A DNA stretch of 64,000 nt from Owenia fusiformis (lineage: Eukaryota): NCBI GenBank assembly GCA_903813345.2, contig CAIIXF020000001.1, forward strand, positions 27,776,001 through 27,840,000, read 5' to 3'. Every line of letters starts with the position of its first letter. Positions within the stretch are counted from its first letter, which is position 1. Below are positions 1 through 25,400 of the stretch, piece by piece. The translations under genes were made by a program, and so were the position numbers. Below the pieces are notes generated by a model. The model searched no databases and was not told the origin of the DNA. It was given only the letters and a program-made list of their open reading frames with translations.

Positions 1-1971
1 TAACATAAATAAAAGAAAGTCTCAAAGTCATTCTATCGCGATGAGACTTTGACCCGAAAATTTTAATATCAATCTATAAAGGGCTCCATTGAGTTTGGAA
101 AATTGTTTGATGAAAGTTGAATTAAAAACACCTCCAATATAAAAGTTCATATAAGTCAGTTATTTGTTTCTCTTTTTCCTGAAGGAGTTTGGATTGATTT
201 TTTCACTAACTTTATGAGGGTAAAATGTAAAACATAAACTGTAGAGTTGTTTATAAATATTTGATGAAATTGTCTCAAAGCAGTAAATCTGGTAAGGTAA
301 CGTCTGAGGAATGAGGATCAAATGATTATCAGTGCAGTGATCTCCCCAGAAATTGTTTTCAACTGGGTGCAACTTTTTTGGTCTGAAAAAAAAATCAAAA
401 AATTTTGATGCGCTCACCACCTTCTCAATTTTTACAGCTTGTTAACTTTTCTACAGATAACATGTATTTTATCTTCAGGTCAATTTCAATAAACTGGAAT
501 TTACCAAACTCCCCTAATTTCTTAAAAGTGGACTAATCCAGTCGATTTGTTTGGAGCCGCCATATTGTTTTTATATGGGAAGCTTCACGTAACCCTTTAA
601 TGTCTCACCTAGCAACACCACTAATTGAATAATGGATGACCAAGCTACAATAGGCTCTTAGTTTAAACGATTGAAATCATGTTTATATGAATGATAAATA
701 TAATTACAACTTTGTTTGGAATAACAATCATTATTTTTCTATTTACATTAAATATTAGTTGTCTTATAAATTGGTTTCATTTTCTCTTTGAGTGTTCTTC
801 AAAAACATGAATACCTGTTATAAGTTTTACTTTCCATCTTTTATACAAGAAATAATGAGGTTGTTTGTGATATGCCTCATGTTGGGCCACATATTTGGGA
901 GCATTTCAAAAAATCATTCACGATAGAAGAATTGAAAGGGGAGTATGTAAGGGGTCACTTTTGCTTGGTTGGTTCAAACAATACTATTTACAACATTTGA
1001 TATGTAACTACATTTAATTATATAAGTATAACCAAAAACTATGGAAAGTACATGTAATATATAGAAACAACTTTTATTCAAAAGGCAAATGAAGAATGGA
1101 AAACCCCAAGACTTACTGATAGATATGGTATTCTTTCTATTTCTTTTCTGTGCAAGTCCTTACCTGTAATGAATCACTTGTACTAAAAGTTGATAAACAT
1201 TAACAAAACTGAATGGACTTTTCCCTCTTTAGCTACTTACCACCCAATGTAAATCTATGGGATACATCAGTATCATTTATTTACAATGCAATTTAGTTTA
1301 CCACCACTTTAGCCTTTTAGAAGAATAGGAGGGGATCATCTCAAAACAGATTAATATCTTTACTTTTTAATGTAAATTATTATATTTATATGTTCCCTTT
1401 TATTCTATTTGTACATTATACATGTATATGACCTTGTATATTTGAGTTCTTTACTAATTTATGAAGTAAGTGGTGAGTTTTGCTCTCAGAAAATGTACTT
1501 GAGACACCCTGTCCCTGCTGTGGTGTGTGCTCTAGGTTCACATAAGGCTTGAGGGGTTGGAGAACAATTCCATTATCCGGTCTATCTGTTTCTGTGTCTT
1601 AGAATCTCGAAATGGACATTTGGTATTGAGCTAATGGCCAGACATACGAATATACGTCTTATATGTGAGCATTTTTTAATAGATTTAAACCAGTTGGTCC
1701 TTTTGCAGGTTTATATTTGCAAGTAAAAAGTGAGGCCTTAGTATCACTTAGAAATAACTGGTGATCTAAAAACATGAAAAGCATTTTTTTAAATGTTCTA
1801 TGATAGATGCAAGTAAGTAGTTCCCAGTTTCACTACCAGGTGCCTGATTCGGGGTAATTAACTCGAATATTATCAGTTTAAGTGATCAATTTCCATGTCC
1901 AGTGAAAGAAAATATTATCTGCCCAGCACAAAGTCACATTTTCAAAGAAGATTAAATTTCGGTAACGTTGG

Positions 1972-2542
1972 CAGCGCTTGCATTAGGTTAGAAAATTTAT
2001 GAGTCCCAAGGACACAATTTTTAAAAAAAAGTGTGTCCTTTGAAAAAAAAGTGTGTCCCCTATTTTTAGCCTGTTTTGAGGTATAACTTTATTTTAAAAG
2101 CATTTTTTACCAAAACACCTTTCAGTTTTTGATTTCTTGCCGCGAATTTAAAACGGAAGTAAACGTTAAGTATGGACTGAATAAATGCATGTTCGTTCAT
2201 TCGACAATGAATACATTTTATTTCATGAATAACCTAATATTTGTTTCTGAATAGGAAAAACGGTGGCGTGTCATGGTTTCAAATCTAAAAATAAACAAAG
2301 TCGAAAAAATTCGAGAGAATCATGATTATTTGTAAATATTCAACATGTTGAGCCTTATTTACGATTCAAATAAAGGTGAGAGATCATAATTATTTGTTTT
2401 TGTTAGGTATCGTTGTAAACACATTGTAGTATTGACCTAAAAAAAAATTGCGTCCAAAAAACAGAAATATTTTCAATTTTTGCGTCCTCCAAATTATTTT
2501 TGAGTCCTTAACATGTACGGGACGCCGTTAATGCAAGCCCTG
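1972..2542. mobile_element. Non-autonomous DNA transposon (hAT-like MITE) with 6-bp TSD
   Basis: Terminal inverted repeats CAGCGCTTGCATTA ... TAATGCAAGCCCTG (13/14 match), flanked on both sides by CGTTGG (1966-1971 and 2543-2548); no ORF. Confidence 0.8.
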
Positions 2543-3032
2543 CGTTGGTAAATACTTTTTTAAACCACATTTCTAGATGCAATTTTACATATGATTTCAA
2601 ATTTGATATTCCTTTTACTAAATTGTAAAAACTGAAATTAAAATTGGCTCAGCCATTTTAAAAATCAAAACCTTTTAGTATAACACATTTCGTCAATTCT
2701 TTTTTCTCTATTCTTTAAATATAAATACTTGAGAAAATGCCCACTTTTTAAGCGAATGTATTGCATGAATCTCAGAATTATGCTTCTACATATCATGAAA
2801 CACCTTCAATTGTACAGGCTTTGTTTAATTGTTTTAGAAAATAAGGTTTCCTTTGATCTTGTTTTTCGGAAAGTAGCTTGAGTCTTTTTAATAATTCTAA
2901 TCACTCCAAATGTAAATCACTATATCATTTCTTAAATTAAATTGTGATATAAATGAAATTGTTTCCTCAGGCAGTTTCATAACACTATCTGCTAAAATTG
3001 AGTTGCTCATATCAAGTTGGCCTGCTAGCCTA

Positions 3033-3104
3033 GCCGTGATCGTCTAGTGGTTAGGACCCCACGTTGTGGCCGTGGTAACCCAGGTTCGAATCCTGGTCAC
3101 GGCA
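3033..3104 (+). tRNA. tRNA-His-GTG: tRNA-His (GUG)
   Basis: 72-nt cloverleaf: acceptor stem GCCGTGA/TCACGGC, anticodon stem CCACG/CGTGG with loop TT-GTG-GC, A box TAGTGGTTAGG, B box GGTTCGAATCC. Followed by a T7 Pol III terminator at 3114-3120. Confidence 0.97.
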
Positions 3105-3163
3105 TGGCCTACATTTTTTTAATGTGTTTAATAAAAACTTGGTTGGGATTGATTCTTTAAGTA

Positions 3164-3357
3164 CAATAAAATCTGTATAAATGGAACATATTTTGTACCT
3201 CTAAAAATGTTCCAGTTGAGAGGTGTTCTACTTACAGAGGTTTATTTAACACTAAGTCAGTTAGCCCTGGCACTCTGAAAAGTGTGCCCCTTATGGAGAT
3301 GTTCCACTTATAGAGGTGTTCCACTTATAGAGGCGTTTCACTTTACATGTTTTACTG
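3164..3357. mobile_element. Tc1/mariner-pogo-type MITE (TA TSD)
   Basis: TA-CAATAAAA ... GTTTTACTG-TA termini and internal AGAGGTGTTCCACTTAT repeats. Related copies at 7273-7458 and ~21383-21468. Confidence 0.65.
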
Positions 3358-4233
3358 TATTTTGCATGCAGAGTCAATGAGAAGAAAATTAATGACTTAA
3401 ACAAAAAAAGATTAAAAACATGGATCATGAAAGAGAAAAAGTACTGCATTGATTAATATCACATAGAATCTTATTTAATCCTATCATTGTATTTTGACAA
3501 AGATAGATTTTTGAGATTCTATAGCTTATTGACCTTTCTATACTTATTTTCCTTATTTTGGTAAAAATCAGTTATGACTGAAATGTTCAAGTAGTTTTTA
3601 GCCAAGTGCTCAACCTTAAAATGGGCATGAAAGAAAGTTAAATTAAAGGATTTATCACCAAGGGCTTAAATCTAGATCCATTCCATTTTCACTTTCGCGT
3701 AAAAGGAAATTAAAGATTTATAATAGAAGATTATGGGATTAAAGTTTTATATGGGACGTTTATTGTTAGGTTATTGCATGTTGCTTTGATTTTGATCTTT
3801 ACTCTTTTCTTTGAATAACAAGATCTCTTGAAACCCTTTTCAGACATAAATGACAAAATCACAGACCCTAACACATTTTAGGGGTACAAGGTATATGGCT
3901 CAATTTTCAAATTGTTTTTATTTGCAAAATATCTGAAATAAAAGTCAATTTCTGATTAAAATGAAGACCTAGGATTGATTATTCTGACTGAGGAACTATT
4001 CAAATTGATTTATACCATAAAGGTGATTGTAGTTAGGGAACTGTTTTTGATTTTTGAAAATGTTATTAGGATGTCTACATACCTTACACCCCTTGGTTGA
4101 GAGGATGGATTAAAGGAGATTAACCAAAACATTCTGCACACATCCGTGTCTTATATTATGTACTATATAGAAATGGCTACCTAGCACATACGAATTGGAT
4201 ATATATTTTTATGATTTTTTATTTATTTCACAG

Positions 4234-4278
4234 TTAAAATTGGATATGTATAACCCATATTTTGAGAAGAAACGAAAG
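4234..4278 (+). CDS. Candidate 45-nt upstream exon of the DYRK4-like gene (LKLDMYNPYFEKKRK)
   Basis: Strong acceptor ttttatttatttcacag and donor AAG|gtaagc; open in phase 0-0, compatible with exon 7742-7888. No homology support. Confidence 0.4.
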
Positions 4279-4948
4279 GTAAGCAGGATATATGATTTTT
4301 ATCCTATTTTAATGATTATGTTTATAATGCTACCATCAGAAAGGTATGAGTGAGTAAATTGGATGTGTTGATATTTTGTCTGGCATTTTCAAGAATTTTT
4401 CATTATAACAGGGTTGAGTGACTTATTGCCAATCAAACATTTATAGGTTAGATATCTGGGATAGATATACTATCAATCCTCGTAAATACTAAATAATGAA
4501 TAAGAGATATGAAATAACAAGTATAATAGTTCAAGGATATGATTTGGTATGATATCATTCTGGTAAATATTTTATACTTTTTATAATTGGACAATTCTGG
4601 AATTTTGAATTATTTATGATCTTATATTTCCCATATATAACTGTTAATGACATAAAGTAATTTTTCTCTAAATTAGGTAACAATTACTATACATGGCATA
4701 AAATATTAATAACTAAAATAATATTAATTCAAATATATGTACAATTAATCATCACAAGTCAAACTTAATGCTCGAGAAAACTGTGATTGTTTGACTGATA
4801 AATAATAACAATATTTCTCTTATGTAATCGTGTTTAAATCTCCAAGTCTTTTGCTGATGTGCTCAGATCAGTATAAGATGTGTTGCTGACACCCTAAATA
4901 TTTGCTTACGTCTGTATAAAAGATAGCTATGATCACTAAAACATAACT

Positions 4949-5155
4949 CAGTAATCTCCCCAGCATTAAAGCAAGTGGGCGTAGCACCCACCTGAGATTT
5001 TGAAAATAGGCTTGCACCCACCTGAAAATTCATTTGCACCCACTTGAAAATGAGAAAAAATCATGAAAAATTGGCATATTTTGACCAATTTTGGTCTAAA
5101 TTGTGAAAATGAGAATTTTGAACCTACCTGAGAAAAAATACTGGGGAGATCACTG
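4949..5155. mobile_element. MITE with CAGTGATCTCCCCAG-type TIRs and 5-bp TSD (hAT-like)
   Basis: CAGTAATCTCCCCAG ... CTGGGGAGATCACTG flanked by TAACT on both sides; internal GCACCCACCTGA repeats. Inverted copy at 11551-11763 and partial copy from 335. Confidence 0.8.
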
Positions 5156-6941
5156 TAACTCAATGAGTTCAATAGAAAACATAAACATATACGATTGTGA
5201 TAATAAGTTATTTATTCTAGTTCATCAGTTAAGTGTTTTTAGATGTAGAAAATATGTTATAGACCATGACGATCAAAGATCGCATGTTGTTTTGCCTATG
5301 AAACATCCATTGGTTCCATTAAGTGGGAAATGCAGATGTCAATAGTAACCCATATAAATATTTCAAGAGCAACATTCATCTTGGTCTGACGATGGAAACA
5401 ACATAACATATACGTCTTGACTCAATGTCTGTATTAGAATATACTCCATTGTAACTTGTAGTCTTTTTAGAGGAAATCATTTATTAAGAAAATGGTTTAA
5501 TAATTTTTAATGATATTAATTAGTTTTGTTTTCAAAATTGAAAGTTTTACCTTGAGGTGTAGCTTTTCATGGAAATGAGGGAAATCATGACTATGGCATC
5601 TTGTAACATAATGTTACATTCTGTTTATTTTAGAATTTTCTATGAATATGCTAAGCTTGATTTAGGCTTTATGTCATAAACGTGGATTTTACAATAAGTT
5701 CTTTAGAAACAGAAGCCTTTAAACTGCTGTCCAGTTGAGCTGAGTTTTTAAATAACTAATGGATGGTTTTAATTGGAAATATTTATAAAATGTAATTCTA
5801 TAACATATATGTATGTAATGTATTACATACACTAGCTGTGAGGCTTGACATGATATTTAGGCAATGGTTTGGCATTAGCAATTGAAAAAGATTTGAAAAT
5901 GTTGAATAGATGGCTCTAAGATTTTGAATATATGGAGAATTTAGATGAAGCTCAAGAAACAAAATAATAGAATTCAGCTTTGGTACTTTTGTTATGTAAA
6001 ATGAAATTAAACCATTTAAAAAGACCCCAAGGATCAAAACATTTATGTTCATGTAGCATTGAAATTGTTTCCCAGCCATGCTCATTTTGGTGCCCCTTGC
6101 TTTCTATGCACATGACATTCATTAACAACTTTGATATGAGAGCCATCTATAGTTGACATCGGGAATGTACATCGGGAATGTACATCAGAAATGGCTACCT
6201 AAATGCTTTAAAAATGCCGCCGAAATATGTGACTTATCTCTCTAGCATTAATAGACTGTTATTTTCACAATTAAGACCTATTTTGCCCTATTTCTAGTTT
6301 GTTATTTGTCTTTTTAAGCAGCACAGCGAACATGGACCACGCCCTGAAATAACCTATGAGTGGCACTCGACCACCATTCCCTTCCCATCATTGCCCACGC
6401 TATACCAGCCATGGTATTTCACCGCTTAGTCAGTTTAACACACAAAACATATAGTGACTAAAAACGTTATTAAGTGATAATTGGCCAAATAATCAAGTTG
6501 CATATTAGAGTCTTCAATAATGATGTTGACACTGCTATACTATAATAATATAGCATGTAATACTATAATACTACATAACAGTATATAGACCTTGTGAACA
6601 TAAGAAGGAATTACATACATGGTAATAGAAGGAGGGACATCTCTATATGTCTTGTCTGTCAGGGATCACATTTCAGTGATAAAATAAGAGAATGGACTTA
6701 CTGCATTGGTTGCAAGCATTATGGATTTATATTAGGATAGACAGTACATGAATTTATATGTATATGTATTACTGCTAAATACACATGTGCAATTTTACAT
6801 ATTAAGTAGAAATTGAGTAATTGATTGTAAACAGAACAGTTGATTTTCTCATTAAATAACAAAGTCTCAAAAATATACTTATGAATGGTGAAAATTTCTA
6901 AAGAAATGCTGGATCGATGGAAATAAGTGTGCGATTTTATA

Positions 6942-19573
<12,632 letters not shown>

Positions 19574-20869
19574 TCTTAAAGTGCAGCATGTTATCCGCAG
19601 TGTTTCTAGTATTTCCAGTCAATTTCTTGAAAATTAAAGCAGTGTTTGTTTAATGATGGTTACATTACATATTGACAACTATTTTTGTGAAATCTAGCTG
19701 CTCTGTAAGAAGCTTTAAGAGTTAAGGAGTTTATCATTTAGAAATTCAAGACTGGAAATATTAACACCTCTGCTGCTAACATGGTAGGAATGGGGAATGA
19801 AAAATCACACATATCACCAAATATTGCTCAAACTTGGATGCATCAAAAATGACAAATCAAGTAATTCAAGGACTCGTTCATTCTCTAAATACTAGGCTCA
19901 TAACTGACGTTTAATCAGATGGAAGGAATGAAAGGCCTGGTCAGAATATCAATGTATTCTAGTGAAAGTAATTAAGAATAAGGCAAACTTCTTTTAAAAC
20001 CTACATGTTTATATCTCTCCAAAATAAAGTTACTGCATAATGGTACATTGCTGTCTGACCTGAGCCCTCAAGCCTATAGCTAACCTTTTCAGAGGATGAA
20101 TCAGTATTGGAACTTTATTATTTTTCATTAGCTTCAATGCTATATTTGGTAAATGGGATTTAGCCATACATCTAGCCATAAATGTGCAATATATTTAATA
20201 TTACTCACAGTGAAGCAAGGTTAAGTCGGGGCTGACCAAGTCTATGTGGCAAAAATGTGGAGTTACAAGCCTTTAAGTATACAAGCCTTTAAGGTGAGCT
20301 GTAATTGGTTCCTCTTTGGCTTACTTTTAGGCAATCTATGTTTGGATTTGGGAATTGGGAATTGCACTTAAATGGTGAAGGGATGGTGAATTGCACTCTA
20401 ATGTAGAAGCAATTGGGAATTGTACTTGAATCTTGAAGAAACTTGGTATCGCACCCAAATGAACATTAAAATATTTGTCATTTCTAAGCCCTCGCGTCAG
20501 AATTGTAAAATTCAGATATTTGCAACATAAAATTTGAAAAAAACTGGGGAGAGACATTAAGGAAGCCCAGAAGCATTTTTGTCCCTTGGTTAATCCTGGG
20601 TGACTGGATCACACTGTGGGTGATAATAAAATAAATAATAAAGTATAGGACTACGTAATTATCAGCTAGTCTGAACAAAGTATATTTTTATCAAATACAC
20701 AAGTAGTGTTATAATATTCAAATGTAATAGTTTTGAAAGGTTGTTTTAAGTATTTGTTTTTAATTTATTAAAGCTTGTTTTATCTCATTGACTCGTAATA
20801 ACTTTAAAAGTTTGGTTCAAGGAAAGATCTGAAGAGTGCTGTGTATATGTATGGCATACAGCAGTTGCG

Positions 20870-21056
20870 TATATGTATGACATACATCATCTTTGTATAT
20901 GTATGACATACACCATCTTTGTACATGTAGGACACAGCACCTTTGAACATATTTGATATACAGCGTTTTTGTACATGTATGACATACAGCATCTTTGTAC
21001 ATGTATGACATATCATCTTTGAACATATCTGATATACAGCGTTTTTGTACATGTAT
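20870..21056. repeat. Minisatellite, ~26-bp unit (TTTGTACATGTATGACATACAGCATC), ~7 copies
   Basis: Direct tandem repetition visible in the sequence. Confidence 0.85.
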
Positions 21057-22139
21057 TTATAAGTACTTTGTACAAGTACCATAATCCACTACTATGAGGC
21101 ATTCACTAACTACAGAATTAATTTCAGAAATGTATGCATAAATACAGTATTACAAAACAGTTACATGATATTTCCAATGTAGATAGCGCTTACATTTTCT
21201 GGAAATAAGATCACTCAACTGATTTTTATTAGGATTTATTAGTTTCTAATTTTGTGAAATATTTTAGTCTACTTGGAGTTGACATGTTTTTACATGGAAC
21301 CAGAAATATTGTGAAATTCAGTCACCATGTACATAAATTAACACAATGTACAAATATTCATCGCAAATTGAATAGAAAGTTCTGTAAAACCTCCCTGTAA
21401 AGAACACCTCTCTACAAGGAACTATTTCAGCCAGTACAGAGAACATTCTCTGTAAAAAGGTTTCACTGTATTCACGCTCACGGTCAGTCCAGTATATTTT
21501 TTGCACATCAAGAGAAAAGGGTAATGTTGAATGTTAATTTCTGAATGTTTGCTCAACCAAAGCCCTCTGACAGGGTATCTTAATAGCATTCCTTCTGGAA
21601 AGGAAAAGAATATGTAGAATATATTTAAATAAATGTGAACTATATTAATGATATGAAAAAAATTTCTTTGGTTAATTTATTTGCATATCAGCCCATATTG
21701 TGAATAACCCATTACGAGGAGAGCTCGTGGCATTCCTAGACATTGGGAGTTCGAGAGTATAGAGTATTTTGTTCATTTTTGTTGTATTATGAAGGTCAGA
21801 ACTCAAATTTGAGGTCAGATGTGAACTCCTGAGAACTTGTACATGATTTAAAAAAATGTTTTGTCAATTTGAAGCAAGCTGAAATCAGTTTTGAACAAAA
21901 TACTGCAATCGGTCGGGCGACCGGCCGAAGAATCGGAGCAAATGTGACCTAGGCATCAGGTCCGATCATAGACCGGCGCCCGTACGATTGAGTATTTTTT
22001 CAGAATTTTATTCATTTTTGAACAAAATACTCAATCGTAGGGGCGCCGGCCGATAAATCGAGTATATGTGAGCTAGGCATTAGCGAGTGGTCCAGACAAA
22101 AATAGTTCTAATTAAAACCAATGGTGCAGTAATACTAAA

Positions 22140-22476
22140 AGAAGGCATTAACATACAAAATGTCAGCACATGCCATTTGTTACAGACGCTGGTCGCCACC
22201 AATTGATTGCCATGATTAAGACTATGACAATATGTCATCGTCTGGTGGTGCCATTTGTTACAGACGCTGGCCGCCACCATCCGATTGCCATGATTGCAAG
22301 ATGCCGTACACCGCCCAAAAAAAGTTGGAGACTATGACAATATGTCACCGTCTTGTGGTGCCATTTGTTACAGACGCTGGCCGCCACCATCCGATTGCCA
22401 TGATTGCAAGATGCCGTACACCGCCCACAAAAAGTTGGAGACTATGACAATATGTCACCGTCTGGTGGTGACATAA
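22140..22476 (+). mobile_element. Helentron-associated-like element with tandemly amplified 110-bp 3' unit
   Basis: 5' AAGGCATTAACATACAAAATGTCA; unit beginning CCATTTGTTACAGACGCTGG recurs at 22173, 22251 and 22361; 3' hairpin ATGTCACC..GGTGACAT. Confidence 0.6.
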
Positions 22477-25400
22477 TGATAAATGCATGACACATTTTTA
22501 AATGCGATAAAATTTAACCCATCATGCGTAAAAACGTTTACTTGCTGGAAATGAGAATAAGAAGTACTGTGTTTAACAGAAGATAATATATTTGATAAAG
22601 TAAAAACTTTCGTTACTTACATGGCGGGAGGTTGAAATATTTGAAAGTTAAAACGACCATTTTTCAAAGGTATATTTTTCAAAATTCACGAGAAATAAAT
22701 AAACAATATTTTCAAATTTTGCACGGGCATTTTAACATCCCAATCAATCAATCATAAAGATAAAGCTTACGAATAAAAAGTAAGGTGACCATGCTTTATG
22801 GAAATAATAAAGATGACATCTGAAATTAACGATAGCTTATACGTTTTCAATTAATTCTGACGTATATTGAAGTAGAAGTTTATATTTCATATAAACCATG
22901 GCAGATAGTAAATAAGTATCATGGCAGAGACTCGATTTATATAAAAAAGACAAATAAATAAACAAACCATATATTAATTGGAAAATTGTAGTAAATAACA
23001 TTTTTGTAGCTTATTGTTTTGAACTGTTTTGTCTCCAAGTTTATGTAAATTGCAAATTGCGATTTTAATCTAATTTGTTGATGTGCCTGATTTTTTACGA
23101 TGAGTAATGTTGAAATGTTAGCATACTTTAAATAAAATCCCTATCTGTCAAGCCACGAGAGGTCGAAACAGCTTAGCTTGTGAACCAGACACGTGCTAGC
23201 AGAGTCATGAATATAAATTACTACATACACCAATTAATAACAACAAATTACCGTTCGAGAGTATAGAAGCATTTATTATCTTGGAATTAAATTCCCAAGA
23301 CTATCGAACAATTCGTTTTCAAGGTACAAGGTGACACAAAAGAAAAACTAAAGTAAAGAAAATACCAATAACACAGAATAAATCGCATTGTACTATCGCA
23401 GCTGATTTCTCCAAACCCATGTCCAGTGAGCATTTATAACAACTACCCCCCCCCGCCTTATCAGTAAAACACAAACAACACAAATAGACCTGGATCATAT
23501 AGAATATATCCTTCTTCCAGAATCATTGGTATATTTCATATATACGTATATATCGTCTATAAAGATGTTAAGAACTTTACTGGACCAAGTGCCCGAGTGT
23601 CAAGCGGTATCAATGCTTTTAGGACCATATGGGAATCCAACTTACTGTTTGTATTTGAATTTTGAATATCATGTGATAGATCCATATAAGGCTGTATGAC
23701 CATGTTATATTTAAACACGAATTGATAATATACCATCCATGACAACAGGACTGGAGAATCATACTGGAAATTCATATCTAACATAGATGAATTGGAGTTA
23801 ATATAGGGAAGTGTAAAATTGTAATTGATATAGAGAGTTGAAAAATTGAAACGATTGTGATTTGTGGTATACTCCTCATGTGTAAAGCACAAAAATTCGA
23901 AGAAGTTCACGCCAGCATCTCAAATCACAATTATCTTTACATTTACAAAAATTGAAAACTGATTATACGTACAAGATGAGAACTACTTTAACTTATCTAG
24001 ACTTTAACGGTGCTAAGCTGAAATTTTCAGCGAGATGCAAGAATTTTAGAAAAAATTATGAAACATGGGACATAAGTAATGGAATATGCAAATTTTGCAA
24101 CAAAAAGTGAACGATACAATTCGCCCTCAGATTACTGTTATGTCCCTTTCCACGAAATATACGTTTTACAATAATGTTAATTTATATGCTTCAAGTAATC
24201 TTTGTGCAATGATGCTTGTATGTCAAGCAGTGATCAAAATATAATGACCATGCTTGGAGATAATATAAAACGGGGCATGGCATAAATTTTAGTGTCGACA
24301 AAATTGTCAAACAGTTTTTAAACTAAGGAATGTATGCGTTTAGTGATTTCCATTTAATATTTCACAGTGTTATTGATATATGTAGACGAAGGGGATGCTG
24401 TTTTAAAAGCATATGTCTATAAATAAAAAGTATGCAAGCAGTGATCAAAATATAATGACCATGCTTGGAGATAATATAGAACGGGGCATGGCATAAATTT
24501 TAGAGTCGACAAAATTGTCAAACAGTTTTTAAACTAATGAATGTATGCGTTTAGTGATTTCCATTTAATATTTCACAGTGATCAAAATATAATGACCATG
24601 CTTGGAGATAATATGATATAATTTATGGCATTAAATTTAGTGTCGACAAAATTGTCAAACAGTTTTTAAACTAAGGAATGTATGCGTTTAGTAATTTCCA
24701 CTTAATCTTTCACAATGTTATTAGTATATGTAGACGAAGAGGGATGCTGTTTTAAAAGCATATGTCTATAAATAAAAAGTGCAAGCAGTGATCAAAATAT
24801 AATGACCATGCTTGGAAATAATATGATATAATATATGGCATTAATTTTAGTGTCGACAAAATTGTCAAACAGTTTTTAAACTAAGGAATGTATGCGTTTA
24901 GTGATTTCCATTTAATCTTTCACAATGTTATTAGTATATGTAGACGAAGAGGGATGCTGTTTTAAAAGCATATGTCTATAAATAAAAAGTGCAAGCAGTG
25001 ATCAAAATATAATGACCATGCTTGGAAAAAATATGATATAATATATGGCATTAATTTTAGTGTCGACAAAATTGTCAAACAGTTTTTAAACTAAGGAATG
25101 TATGCGTTTAGTGATTTCCATTTAATCTTTCACAATGTTATTAGTATATGTAGACGAAGAGGGATGCTGTTTTAAAAGCATATGTCTATAAATAAAAAGT
25201 GCAAGCAGTGATCAAAATATAATGACCATGCTTGGAAATAATATGATATAATATATGGCATTAATTTTAGTGTCGACAAAATTGTCAAACAGTTTTTAAA
25301 CTAAGGAATGTATGCGTTTAGTGATTTCCATTTAATCTTTCACAATGTTATTAGTATATGTAGACGAAGAGGGATGCTGTTTTAAAAGCATATGTCTATA

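Noticed and set aside
21315..21369. C/D-box snoRNA-like pattern on the minus strand (GCGATGA ... CTGA with AATT ends)
   Set aside because: Only ~47 nt from C to D box, imperfect C box, no C'/D' boxes or identifiable target.
23145..23172. Hammerhead-ribozyme-like string CTGTCAAGCC..GGTCGAAAC
   Set aside because: The CUGANGA core is not intact and no cleavage triplet or stems I/III could be built; a similar partial match near 43147 fails the same way.
23557..23910. 117-aa minus-strand ORF
   Set aside because: GTG start, in-frame stop just upstream, no recognisable motif or splice context.
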